In this document: positions 28,134-37,281 of the stretch, one piece after another
Position numbering within the stretch: the first letter of the stretch is position 1
Layout of the letters: each line of letters begins with the position of its first letter
IMG/VR virus record: IMGVR_UViG_3300023179_000012
Length of the DNA stretch: 64,000 bases
Source of the DNA: a virus
Direction: 5' to 3' (one strand)
The notes under the pieces: generated by a model
The model's database searches: none
Seen by the model: only the letters and a program-made list of their open reading frames with translations
Told to the model about the DNA's origin: nothing
Position numbers and translations under genes: made by a program

Positions 28134-29009
28134 TCAATAACCATACTTGTTATTGTAATCGTCCTCATCATCATAATCTTCTTCTTCCTCTTCATCATCA
28201 AACTGATCCCAGTAATCGTCACGGATATCATAGTCCTCATCCTCGTCATCATAGCCAGCATACTCATCCTCTGAGAATGTTGCCGAATACAGTGGCTTGA
28301 GAAGTTCTCCTTGATATTCGCCAACCACAAGATATTCGCATGTGCGAAGTTTCTCACAGTTACAATCAGTAGGAACACTCACAACGTCCTTGGGATTAAT
28401 CTTGACGATCACAATCTTATCGCCATTCTCAAGACTACCATAACTAGCCACATAGTTCAATGCACCAGCATGAAGTCCATCAGAACAACCTCGACTACGA
28501 TCATCGTCAACCTTTGCTCGTGTCATCTTGCAAACATTACCAACACTGTTATCAAATACTCCACGATACTTATCCTTGTAGTCACTCCTGACTGCCTTAT
28601 AAGCAAGGAAACAACCATCCTCGGTAATGGGCAGATGCTCATGCTCAAGGAAATCATAAAGTTCTTTTTGACTTTGCATACTAGGATTCTCCATGAGATT
28701 ATGAAGGAAATTAACGAGAGGATAGAAAGGCAGACCCTTGCTCATAAACTCAAGAATACGCTTGCTAATACTTCCGTGAACTTCTTCACCCTCATACAAA
28801 ACCTTACCATTCTTGATCTCCACAAGACCATCACTAAAAGTAGCAACAGCCTTTTCCACATCCACAATCTCCAAGAGTTCATCAGCGTTTGCTGTTGGCA
28901 ACGCCTCAAGAATCATCTTGTAATTAATATGATCCGGCAAAACCTGATACGTCCTGTTATTAAGAACAAGCGTAAGATTACCATCAACCCACATAAAAGG
29001 AACACTCAT
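28134..29009 (-). CDS. rIIB: RIIB lysis-inhibition protein
   Basis: FLAYKAV, CSDGLH, INPKDVVSVP, KLRTCEY. Confidence 0.92.
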   Translation of the reverse strand: MSVPFMWVDGNLTLVLNNRTYQVLPDHINYKMILEALPTANADELLEIVDVEKAVATFSDGLVEIKNGKVLYEGEEVHGSISKRILEFMSKGLPFYPLVNFLHNLMENPSMQSQKELYDFLEHEHLPITEDGCFLAYKAVRSDYKDKYRGVFDNSVGNVCKMTRAKVDDDRSRGCSDGLHAGALNYVASYGSLENGDKIVIVKINPKDVVSVPTDCNCEKLRTCEYLVVGEYQGELLKPLYSATFSEDEYAGYDDEDEDYDIRDDYWDQFDDEEEEEDYDDEDDYNNKYGY

Positions 29010-29035
29010 TTTATTTCTCCTGTTTTCCTGTGAAA

Positions 29036-31678
29036 TTAACCAATAATTTGACCGAATTGAACCTTCAACATATTAACATCGCTAATCGTAGTAAACCAAC
29101 CGTTGTTATCACGATAGTAGTAGCCTCTGTTAGAATCATTTTGCTTGAGAGGATTAATATTCTTCAATTCTCTCAGGTTGCCACTGACTTGCGTAACACA
29201 CATAATATACTTGAACATCGGATTACTGTCAAGTTCCACTTTAATCATTTTTCTAAGATCAGCGATCTTCGGAGCAACATACTCGTTATCAGAATCTGCC
29301 TTCTTAAAAATTTTCTGGTATTGTGAAACCTTGTCTTTATCATAGATGCTCTCAACGATACGATTGATCTGATTATAGATAACATTAGTATCTTTAATCT
29401 TGGCACTATCCAGACCATTGATTCCAAAATCGCTCAACAGTTTGGTCATGTGACCATAGTAATCATCCTTCTTAAATTTAGCGATATCAAACTCATTACG
29501 ATGAATAGTATCCGCAAAGAACTCCAGAATCATCAGACTATCCAGAGTTTGCACAATATTCTTGTTATTGATGAACTCGGCATATTCAAGCCCGAACATA
29601 TTGAGCATATGGAATAGGAACTGACGATCAATATAACCATTACCATAACTATGGTTCATCTTATCGTCTGAGTTATACTCATTCCTGCACTGTTCAACAA
29701 GACTATTAAACTGATAAATATCCTTGAACTTGCTATCGTTAAGTTTCTTCAAGCGAGTCTTGAACCAAGTGTTAAAGTCCACAAGGTTGTACCCTTCCTT
29801 TATTAAACGATCCACCACACCATGCTTGATAGCATAAATATTTGTGTCATCAAATATCTTGTATTTTTCAAAGAAGTCTTTGTGACTATACAAACCATTG
29901 ATGGAAGGATAATCAGTAGTAGCAGTACCATATCTTAGGATAGGAATGTACACAATCTCATCTTCGTCCTCTAGATCATTAAGACGATCTGTACTAAGAC
30001 TACGCATATAGGAAGCATCATTATAGTCATAATTGAGTGGACTAGTATTCTTCTGATCACCAAAGATCAAGAAAATATCTTGGTCACTAACACTGCCCTT
30101 ACTGCCCTTACTACCCTTGGCTTTAGGTGTTGACTTAATAAGATCACGATATTCGGACACATCAAGAATATTCTTTTCGCCAACATCAGCAACAAGATCA
30201 GCAAAGTTATTCTTCACATCAGTATGATCTTTAGTATTAACAAGCAGATAAGCAAAACAATCGTACTGATTGCAATACCTAGTCACAATCTTTTTAGCGG
30301 TTTCTGCTGCACTAATATCGCACCAGAAAAATCTAATGTTTCCAGACTTTTTGTTGCTATTCCAATAGGAATATCCCTTACCAGTAAGAGTATCGTGATG
30401 AATTCGATCTGTCATATAAACCATGCGACGAGAACGATAGCCCGCTGTTCTATAGTTGAACACATACAGATTCTCGTCTTTCTTGAGTTTATACTCAATA
30501 TCTTCGCCACTATTAATAGGATGAATCTTTCCAGATGCGTCAGTCCAACTAGCACCAACGCCCCAACCACCAGCAAGATCATTCATCTGATAATAAGTGG
30601 TAATCGCTTCTACCTTGGTTGTAGCAGCAGCAATCTTATCACTAAAATTCTTCTTGAGTTCCAAGAAAATATCTTGTGTCTTTTCTCTAAGAGCCTTTAC
30701 AACACTCTTAGTATACTGCAAACCTTCTCGACTAACATCCATTTCAAGTTCACCAATATTGAAATCAAGTTCAAGATAAAGACCCTGACCAATGATTTCG
30801 CCAACGAAAGCCTTCCACGAAGCAATATCGGCCTTATTGAAAGCACGATTCCACTTAGCAATATGATCTGGTGTTTCGGCCTTTTCCTCACCAACAAGAT
30901 GAGAAACCTCAACAGGATAAGCAATATTACCCATCAGAGCAATAACGCCGCTCTGAATACGATGATGATGACTTGGAAACTTCATGTTGTCATTATTGAG
31001 TCGGCAAACACGCCACCCATCACCATCAATCACAACATTTCGCTGACTATATTCCTTGGTAAAATCCCAATGAACGCCACCATTAATAATGGGCTTCATT
31101 CGGAAATAATGAAAAACTCTAATAGCCTTCTGACTAAATTCTTGGAAATCATATTGCTTAACAGCAAAACTAATCTCCAAACCATTAGGCTCAGAAGTAT
31201 CCGTAGAATGAATAAGATTCAGTGTGGGAACACCAGCATCATCAATAGCCGCAATATAAGTATACTGCTTACCATTGAAATAAGAAGTTGTGGTAAAACT
31301 CTTGGTATAAGCAAACGGACTCTTAGAGCCTAGACCAAGACAACCCACAAAATCATTGCTATCATTCTTGTTAGAAGCACCATAAGTGGTATACAGACTC
31401 TCCATATCCTTCTGACTAAGACCAGTGCCATAATCACGCACACTGAAATTAGGATCAGCAGCAGTAGGCAACTTTACAAGAAAAGGATTCTTGTTGCCCG
31501 CACTAACATGAGAGTCATAAGCATTTGTGGCAAGTTCACGAATAACTGCCATTACCTTGTCGGAATAAAGAGAGTCCGACAAAATCTTAAACATTTTACT
31601 GGTTTGAGCAATCGTAAACTGATTCGACGCACTAATACCAGCACTGTGAACCTCAACGGTTCGGTCTGCCAACTTCAT
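29036..31678 (-). CDS. rIIA: RIIA lysis-inhibition protein (HSP90-like ATPase N-terminus)
   Basis: LSDSLYSDK, RELATNAYD, RDYGTGL, GLGSKSPFAY; adjacent to rIIB. Confidence 0.92.
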   Translation of the reverse strand: MKLADRTVEVHSAGISASNQFTIAQTSKMFKILSDSLYSDKVMAVIRELATNAYDSHVSAGNKNPFLVKLPTAADPNFSVRDYGTGLSQKDMESLYTTYGASNKNDSNDFVGCLGLGSKSPFAYTKSFTTTSYFNGKQYTYIAAIDDAGVPTLNLIHSTDTSEPNGLEISFAVKQYDFQEFSQKAIRVFHYFRMKPIINGGVHWDFTKEYSQRNVVIDGDGWRVCRLNNDNMKFPSHHHRIQSGVIALMGNIAYPVEVSHLVGEEKAETPDHIAKWNRAFNKADIASWKAFVGEIIGQGLYLELDFNIGELEMDVSREGLQYTKSVVKALREKTQDIFLELKKNFSDKIAAATTKVEAITTYYQMNDLAGGWGVGASWTDASGKIHPINSGEDIEYKLKKDENLYVFNYRTAGYRSRRMVYMTDRIHHDTLTGKGYSYWNSNKKSGNIRFFWCDISAAETAKKIVTRYCNQYDCFAYLLVNTKDHTDVKNNFADLVADVGEKNILDVSEYRDLIKSTPKAKGSKGSKGSVSDQDIFLIFGDQKNTSPLNYDYNDASYMRSLSTDRLNDLEDEDEIVYIPILRYGTATTDYPSINGLYSHKDFFEKYKIFDDTNIYAIKHGVVDRLIKEGYNLVDFNTWFKTRLKKLNDSKFKDIYQFNSLVEQCRNEYNSDDKMNHSYGNGYIDRQFLFHMLNMFGLEYAEFINNKNIVQTLDSLMILEFFADTIHRNEFDIAKFKKDDYYGHMTKLLSDFGINGLDSAKIKDTNVIYNQINRIVESIYDKDKVSQYQKIFKKADSDNEYVAPKIADLRKMIKVELDSNPMFKYIMCVTQVSGNLRELKNINPLKQNDSNRGYYYRDNNGWFTTISDVNMLKVQFGQIIG

Positions 31679-31723
31679 TTCCTGTTCTCCAAAAAAGTGT
31701 TTAATCGTTCCTGTGATACGGTG

Positions 31724-31751
31724 ATTCTACCACACTAGCATCGGTTGTCAA
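31724..31751 (-). promoter_or_regulatory. sigma70-like promoter with CCGAT box
   Basis: TTGACA-ACCGATGCTAGTGTGG-TAGAAT, upstream of rIIA. Confidence 0.75.
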
Positions 31752-31990
31752 GCCCCATCAACTTTAGACCTTATGCTGTAGAAACCCAACAATACTGTAA
31801 TTACTCCTAAAAATCTAATTGGTCCAATTGGTAATAAAAACCACCAAGCACCAATAAACATAGTTAAAAATCCCAAAATCATATTTATCCAATTTGGTAT
31901 AAAAGGAATTTTAGATATGACAAAACAAATTGGGCCAGCAAGTAAAACAAGAATAAATATTAATCCAGCCATCAATGCTAAACTAGCCAT
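31748..31990 (-). CDS. small membrane protein
   Basis: Three hydrophobic segments. Confidence 0.65.
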   Translation of the reverse strand: MASLALMAGLIFILVLLAGPICFVISKIPFIPNWINMILGFLTMFIGAWWFLLPIGPIRFLGVITVLLGFYSIRSKVDGA

Positions 31991-32280
31991 TAGTTTTCCT
32001 CATCATCTTGCCATTCGTCCTCATCTGGAACCCATGTTTGATCAGCATCATAATCTTCTTCATCTTCCAGGTCTTCTTCTTCTGAGATCATAATAGTAAA
32101 ATTATTTAATATTTCTAACATTAGATCAACTTTAAAACTAATATCATTTATTTGTTTTTTAATCTCATTAATATCTTTAGTGAGTTTTTTTTGATCCTTG
32201 ATAATATCCTCATCTTGCTTATATAAGTCTTTATGTGATTGATCAATCTTCTTGTAGATATCATCAAAGTCTCTAGACAT
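31990..32280 (-). CDS. coiled-coil hypothetical protein
   Basis: ORF tiling. Confidence 0.65.
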   Translation of the reverse strand: MSRDFDDIYKKIDQSHKDLYKQDEDIIKDQKKLTKDINEIKKQINDISFKVDLMLEILNNFTIMISEEEDLEDEEDYDADQTWVPDEDEWQDDEEN

Positions 32281-32289
32281 TGTTTTCTC

Positions 32290-32601
32290 CTATTTTAAGA
32301 GTCGATATTCACGAATATCGCCATTTTGGTTTATTTTTTGATCCTCGTAAGGTGAGGCGACTCTTCTGTAAAACTCTTGTTTTATATTCTCTAATACACC
32401 AGTTATCATCGCTATCTTATTATAAGAAGGAGATCCCATTAGTCCTCCTAAAACTCTACTAAAACTATAATTAATTCGACCAAGATGACTCGCCATATCA
32501 TTGGGATTATTTAGGCTACTTTTAGTATCCTTAATAGATGTAATTAAAATATCTATAGCAGTATCTAAATCTGGTCTTTCATTTTCATTAATATAAGGCA
32601 T
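32290..32601 (-). CDS. conserved phage hypothetical protein
   Basis: MPYI...EFYRRVASPYEDQKINQNGD. Confidence 0.7.
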   Translation of the reverse strand: MPYINENERPDLDTAIDILITSIKDTKSSLNNPNDMASHLGRINYSFSRVLGGLMGSPSYNKIAMITGVLENIKQEFYRRVASPYEDQKINQNGDIREYRLLK

Positions 32602-32606
32602 AATAG

Positions 32607-33140
32607 TTAATCCTCACAAGAACAATTATATTTTAAACAATAACCACATTTTGGGCCAGGGTCAGGATTACCCCAAGCGTTGCTTTCACCATCAAAACTT
32701 TCTTTACCAGTATCTATGCACACAAGTTTTGATTTTCCTTTTCTTTTGATTAGACCAATATTATACCAATGGCAATCCCAAAATTTTAGTCCTGTTTTTT
32801 CTATAATTTCATCTACAAGTTTTTGTATATCTCTCATTGAGATTTTAGTATTTGCTTTGTATGTTTTTGCATACTCAGTAACATAGCCCCAGTCACTATC
32901 TTCATAAAAAATTACGCCATCTTCTTCCGCAAAACTGAGTTTACATACTTTACTATAGATTTTCGGGGCCAGATCAAATTTGCTTAATTTTTTTTGTATA
33001 GTATAAGCCTGTTGTGCCTTTTTTTTATTTCGAAACTCTTTGAATAATAAACCCTTCTTATCTTTAATAGGGTAAACTTGACAATATCCACCCTCATCAA
33101 ACCAGTCACTATAGTCTATAAGATAGTCAGTATTAATCAT
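32607..33140 (-). CDS. protein-kinase-like fold protein
   Basis: GGYCQVY, FKEF, DCHWYN catalytic loop, IDTG. Confidence 0.7.
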   Translation of the reverse strand: MINTDYLIDYSDWFDEGGYCQVYPIKDKKGLLFKEFRNKKKAQQAYTIQKKLSKFDLAPKIYSKVCKLSFAEEDGVIFYEDSDWGYVTEYAKTYKANTKISMRDIQKLVDEIIEKTGLKFWDCHWYNIGLIKRKGKSKLVCIDTGKESFDGESNAWGNPDPGPKCGYCLKYNCSCED

Positions 33141-33537
33141 AAATTTTATCTATAATAGTAGAACCCATAATTTCTTGAGCAACATGAATTGCTTCGTTTA
33201 GATCCGTTGTTTCACACAATTTAATTGGGCCTTTTGGAATATCAATCCAATATGATCCATATACTCCATAAAAAACATTTTCTAGAGAATGATCGTGCAT
33301 TAGAAATTCTGTGGCATCATGGAAGATATCCAAATACCATTCGCCATCCTCATCCTGAACTTCTTTTACCGTATCAACTAATACAAAACGAAAGTTTGGA
33401 TGTTTAAAATCTGGATCACTATGAACAATACCCCGATAAAACCTATTTGGTATATTTACCATAACTAGCGTATCCTTTCCAATCTCCAGATAAAAATTCT
33501 TCTCTATTAGAATAGAGGGCAACAACCTTGTCATCAC
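33133..33537 (-). CDS. hypothetical protein
   Basis: ORF tiling; real start probably downstream. Confidence 0.6.
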   Translation of the reverse strand: MMTRLLPSILIEKNFYLEIGKDTLVMVNIPNRFYRGIVHSDPDFKHPNFRFVLVDTVKEVQDEDGEWYLDIFHDATEFLMHDHSLENVFYGVYGSYWIDIPKGPIKLCETTDLNEAIHVAQEIMGSTIIDKIYD

Positions 33538-33805
33538 TATTATAAGGATTATCCATTAGTTTTAAAGCATACAGATCATTTCTATCATTTAGTAGACCAT
33601 AAGCAACAGGATAATTAAAAATAGATTGTAGTTTTTGATTTTCTGTTTTTAACTTGGCAACTTCGCTTTCACAACTTAGCCAACGCTGATTATCTTCTTT
33701 GAGTTTGTTCAACTCGTCTTTGGCATTATTAACCACAAAACGATCAGCACCATTTGCCCAAGCAAATTCTATAAGAAACTCAATAGGATCAGAATGTTCA
33801 TTCAT
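33443..33805 (-). CDS. hypothetical protein
   Basis: ORF tiling, AGGA RBS. Confidence 0.65.
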   Translation of the reverse strand: MNEHSDPIEFLIEFAWANGADRFVVNNAKDELNKLKEDNQRWLSCESEVAKLKTENQKLQSIFNYPVAYGLLNDRNDLYALKLMDNPYNSDDKVVALYSNREEFLSGDWKGYASYGKYTK

Positions 33806-33823
33806 AATTATTCCTTAATTAAG

Positions 33824-33896
33824 TAGGAGTGGTGGGAGTCGAACCCACACTGTACGGATTTTAAGTCCGTTGTCTCTGCCATTGGACTACACTCCC
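33824..33896 (-). tRNA. tRNA-Leu(UAA), short variable loop, no encoded CCA
   Basis: Cloverleaf GGGAGTG/CACTCCT, ACGGA-CTTAAAA-TCCGT, GTGGG-TTCGACT-CCCAC, A73. Confidence 0.95.
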
Positions 33897-33901
33897 AAAA
33901 A

Positions 33902-33976
33902 GTAATCGACTATAATAGTCTTGGATTGAGGTTGATTATGTTGTGCCTCTATCTCTGACATATTATAGCCGACTAC
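33902..33976 (-). ncRNA. structured RNA between gene and tRNA, carrying a sequence antisense to the upstream RBS
   Basis: 16-bp stem with 2 G-U pairs; inner part contains CATAATCAACCTC. Confidence 0.6.
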
Positions 33977-33985
33977 AAATTAGAT

Positions 33986-34270
33986 TCAACCGTTGTTGTG
34001 AGCCTTCTTTAGACGGCGAACAATCTCAGCCATAGCCTCGATATTATCGACTGTCTTAGTAGGCTTCGCACGTTCCATAGCAGGAAGTTCCTCACCCTTC
34101 TTAGCCAGAGCAGCCTTTGTACGAGCATAACGAGCCATCGTACTAGCGACCTTCTGACCAGTCTTTGTAGCGATTTCAGCATAAGTCTTGGACGAATAAA
34201 CCGCCTCAAGAAACTGCTCATCACTGCAACGAACACGCTTCTGCTTCTCAACATTAGTAACTTCAGCCAT
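33986..34270 (-). CDS. small basic putative HTH DNA-binding protein
   Basis: TYAEIATKTGQ HTH-like segment; GGAGG RBS gives start MAEVTN at 34270. Confidence 0.6.
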   Translation of the reverse strand: MAEVTNVEKQKRVRCSDEQFLEAVYSSKTYAEIATKTGQKVASTMARYARTKAALAKKGEELPAMERAKPTKTVDNIEAMAEIVRRLKKAHNNG

Positions 34271-34347
34271 AATCAACCTCCAAATTAAAATCCAAACTTA
34301 CTTCACGGTTTCGGTCACGCGACCTCATCCACCCGTGTTGTACTATC

Positions 34348-34375
34348 ATTCTATCATAGGTTATCGGCTTGTCAA
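34348..34375 (-). promoter_or_regulatory. sigma70-like promoter with CCGATA box
   Basis: TTGACA-AGCCGATAACCTATGA-TAGAAT. Confidence 0.8.
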
Positions 34376-34418
34376 CCCTCGACCTTGAATTTATTTTCGT
34401 TTGTGACAAGATTCCTTA

Positions 34419-34712
34419 TTAAATATTATTTAGTCCAGACTCAGCGATTTGATTTTTATAATTCAATTCGTCTTTACTCATAATAGCAAGAGCGTCTGTT
34501 AAAACTTTATTATGAACTTTTAGATTGGCAATTATCTCGTTAGCCTGATTTAGTGCTTTTGTTAGATGATAAACCTTATTGACTAGTTCATCTGTTACAA
34601 AATTTTTCATTATCATAAAAAGTATCCATAGTTTGGAGATACTATTAATTACACTTTTTGTTTTTATTACCAAAAATTCTTTTCCAGTTTTTATCCCAGG
34701 TTTTTTGGTCAA
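34419..34712 (-). CDS. hypothetical coiled-coil protein
   Basis: ORF track; start uncertain. Confidence 0.5.
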   Translation of the reverse strand: MTKKPGIKTGKEFLVIKTKSVINSISKLWILFMIMKNFVTDELVNKVYHLTKALNQANEIIANLKVHNKVLTDALAIMSKDELNYKNQIAESGLNNI

Positions 34713-34762
34713 CCCGTCTTGGCCTTCTTTTAGATCCCTTGCCGTTTTGGCTCATACAATTA

Positions 34763-35071
34763 TTACCTAAGTATTTTATCTATTTCTAAAGATTCAAAAG
34801 TCTCTGCATTTTGCTTGATTCTATCTTCAGATATTTTTTCTCTAATTAATAGCGTGGCTGAGTTATTATGGTTTAGAATTTCTTGTAGATTTCTAATAGA
34901 ACAAGTCACTGATTCATTTATTACAGTTCTTAATTCTTTATATGTTGATATCTCGGTATTAAGTCTACTAATTAGATCATTGATATGAAGAACAATTTTT
35001 GGATCTTCATTGTATTTATTTACTAGTCTTTGACTAATCCATTGTAAAAATTGTAAATCTTTGTTTAACAT
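34763..35071 (-). CDS. hypothetical protein
   Basis: ORF tiling. Confidence 0.6.
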   Translation of the reverse strand: MLNKDLQFLQWISQRLVNKYNEDPKIVLHINDLISRLNTEISTYKELRTVINESVTCSIRNLQEILNHNNSATLLIREKISEDRIKQNAETFESLEIDKILR

Positions 35072-35142
35072 GAGTAGCCTCGTTTTTGGTTTAGACTACT
35101 TTATAGTATCATCTGGATGGTCAGTTGTAAAACTAGATAATT

Positions 35143-35859
35143 TTAACTTTCAAGTACAAAACTCCAGTATCGACTATCTTCTTTATTTTGCAAAGCATCC
35201 CAGTAGATTGAACGAGCAATATATGATGGAACCTTATGCTTGCCACAGTTTACAACCCAATGACGCTCCATCTTCTTATAAGAATCAGTACCACTCTTGC
35301 TCTTATTGTACTTTAAATGTTCCATATCGTAAAGACGCAACTGATGAACATCTCCGCACAAAACTCTTGCCTCATTAGGATGAATCATTTCAAGAGCAAA
35401 ACTAACCTTAGCCAGACCAATGCCATTAATCTTGTTTACGATTTCATCACGCTTCTTGACATGACCCTTTTTGGTAGTAAAATAAAAATCTTTAGGATTA
35501 TCCCAAAACTTTGTGGCAAAATCCCAAATATATTTTGTACGATTATTGTGTAGACCCACACCACTTTTGTGGAGTTTTTCTCTCAGAATATTCTCATCAC
35601 CAAGCCATTCATCAAAATTCTTGATAGCATTATATCCGGCACAATTGCCTTTCCATGTAGTGTGAACGCTGCAATATGCAAAAAGATAACGACGGAAAAT
35701 ATCCTCCATGTTTTGTGGACGCACACTCTCCCAATATTCTTTATAAGATACCACCTTATCTTTAGCAAAAGTAGCAAAGAAAGTATCGGCTTTCGTCTTG
35801 TCAAGAGTTGTATTTTGAATCTGAATAACAGTGTTTTCAACAATCATGGTTTTCTCCAA
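35143..35859 (-). CDS. HhH-GPD DNA glycosylase (archaeal OGG-like)
   Basis: LHKSGVGLHNNRTKYI, INGIGLAKVS HhH, GDVH. Confidence 0.7.
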   Translation of the reverse strand: MEKTMIVENTVIQIQNTTLDKTKADTFFATFAKDKVVSYKEYWESVRPQNMEDIFRRYLFAYCSVHTTWKGNCAGYNAIKNFDEWLGDENILREKLHKSGVGLHNNRTKYIWDFATKFWDNPKDFYFTTKKGHVKKRDEIVNKINGIGLAKVSFALEMIHPNEARVLCGDVHQLRLYDMEHLKYNKSKSGTDSYKKMERHWVVNCGKHKVPSYIARSIYWDALQNKEDSRYWSFVLES

Positions 35860-35872
35860 TGGGTATGCTGTG

Positions 35873-35901
35873 ATTCTACACTACTGGTATCGGTTTGTCA
35901 A
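35873..35901 (-). promoter_or_regulatory. sigma70-like promoter with CCGATA box
   Basis: TTGACA-AACCGATACCAGTAGTG-TAGAAT. Confidence 0.8.
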
Positions 35902-35912
35902 GACTCGTTTCT

Positions 35913-37226
35913 TTAAACGGTTCTCGCAGCACCATGTAGAATTTTAAATGTTGGAAAACGCAAACTAATACCACCTTCTTGATTTTTAGTTTCCTCAAAA
36001 TATTGGACTGTGATAATTTGTCCAAGAATCTTTTTAGGGTTTTGATAAAACTCTTGTCTTTGGTCAATAGCAAATCCACTACCAACCCTAACAATATTAT
36101 CCTTGTGCTTAATCATCACGCAACTAAGCATGGTTTCTTCATGTTCTCTTCCATTCAAGACATATCTAAATGGCCCCATTTCAACATCTACTACTTCATA
36201 CTCATCATCAAAAAACTTTTTAACTTTGAGTAGGTCTTTACTTCGCTTGCCTTTATATGGTTCATCAGCACGAAGCATCACGCCTTCCCAACCATCATTC
36301 TTTGCCGTAACAGTCCACTCAGCAAAATGCTCATCATCTTCAATCAATTCTTGATAAAGAACAGTAAGACATGGACATTCGTTGTTTTTCATAACTTCAG
36401 AAAGGTTATTATAGCGGATAGAATAAGGACGATTCTTTTCTCCTGTTTTGCTATAAAACTCATCGTGAGAGATCATATCAAAAATCTTAAAAGACGGATT
36501 CGGAATAGTATGATCTTTCTTCTTGAGTTGTTTCATAACCCCTTGAAAATCTTCATTACCATCTTCGTCTACTAGACAAAGTTCACCATCAAATACTATA
36601 TTTGTAATGCCAAGAGCCTTAATACCATTAGCAACAACGCCAAGAGTATCAAATTCTTTTCCCGTGCGGGAATACAAAGTAGCGTTCCCATCAGAATCAA
36701 CAACAGCAATACATCTAGCACCGTCGATCTTGCGACTAACATACCATCCATCCTTCCAGTCTACAAGTTTAGGCTCATACTTATCTGCCAGAGCAACACT
36801 AAACTCTGGAATAAGGTCACGAATTGCCTTGTTTATAATCTTGTCACCAGCACGGGTTTTCAAATCCTTATCAATTACACAGTGGATAAGTTCCTCGTAT
36901 TCAGAATACTGTTCAACGAAACTATTCACAGCAGCAATAGCATCATGCCCAGTAATTTTACGACTCTTGAGATCATCCAGCAAAGTAAAGAAATTTTTAT
37001 ATTCATTCTTTCGTGCAACCAGATGATTCTTTTTCTTTAGATTGTCGCTAGTAATATTATACTGCCACAATGGATGGTAGGTATAGAGAAGAATTTTCTT
37101 GGTAAACACAGCACCAGTATTATTGATATGACAATAATCTTGAATAATTCCTTCCTTGTCCTTTGTGCTGCTAGTAGCCCTCAAATCACGAACCATTCCC
37201 CAAACATAATCAAAATCGTGAGTCAT
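35913..37226 (-). CDS. lig: ATP-dependent DNA ligase
   Basis: RKIDGAR, FDGEL, FKIFD, WEGVMLR, LLKVK, SLRFP. Confidence 0.95.
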   Translation of the reverse strand: MTHDFDYVWGMVRDLRATSSTKDKEGIIQDYCHINNTGAVFTKKILLYTYHPLWQYNITSDNLKKKNHLVARKNEYKNFFTLLDDLKSRKITGHDAIAAVNSFVEQYSEYEELIHCVIDKDLKTRAGDKIINKAIRDLIPEFSVALADKYEPKLVDWKDGWYVSRKIDGARCIAVVDSDGNATLYSRTGKEFDTLGVVANGIKALGITNIVFDGELCLVDEDGNEDFQGVMKQLKKKDHTIPNPSFKIFDMISHDEFYSKTGEKNRPYSIRYNNLSEVMKNNECPCLTVLYQELIEDDEHFAEWTVTAKNDGWEGVMLRADEPYKGKRSKDLLKVKKFFDDEYEVVDVEMGPFRYVLNGREHEETMLSCVMIKHKDNIVRVGSGFAIDQRQEFYQNPKKILGQIITVQYFEETKNQEGGISLRFPTFKILHGAARTV

Positions 37227-37252
37227 CTAAAGTCTCCTTGTGTGAATAATCC

Positions 37253-37281
37253 AGTATACCACACACTTATCGGCTTGTCAA
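37253..37281 (-). promoter_or_regulatory. sigma70-like promoter with CCGATA box
   Basis: TTGACA-AGCCGATAAGTGTGTGG-TATACT. Confidence 0.8.

Noticed and set aside
28311-31333. Long plus-strand ORFs (240 aa and 369 aa) opposite rIIB and rIIA
   Set aside because: Antisense shadows of codon-biased genes, with no motifs or RBS
34304-34337. Hammerhead-like core (GATGA-stem-GAAAC) in the 5' leader of the HTH-like gene
   Set aside because: CUGAUGA reads UGGAUGA, and I could not build stem I or an NUH cleavage site; kept only as a structured leader
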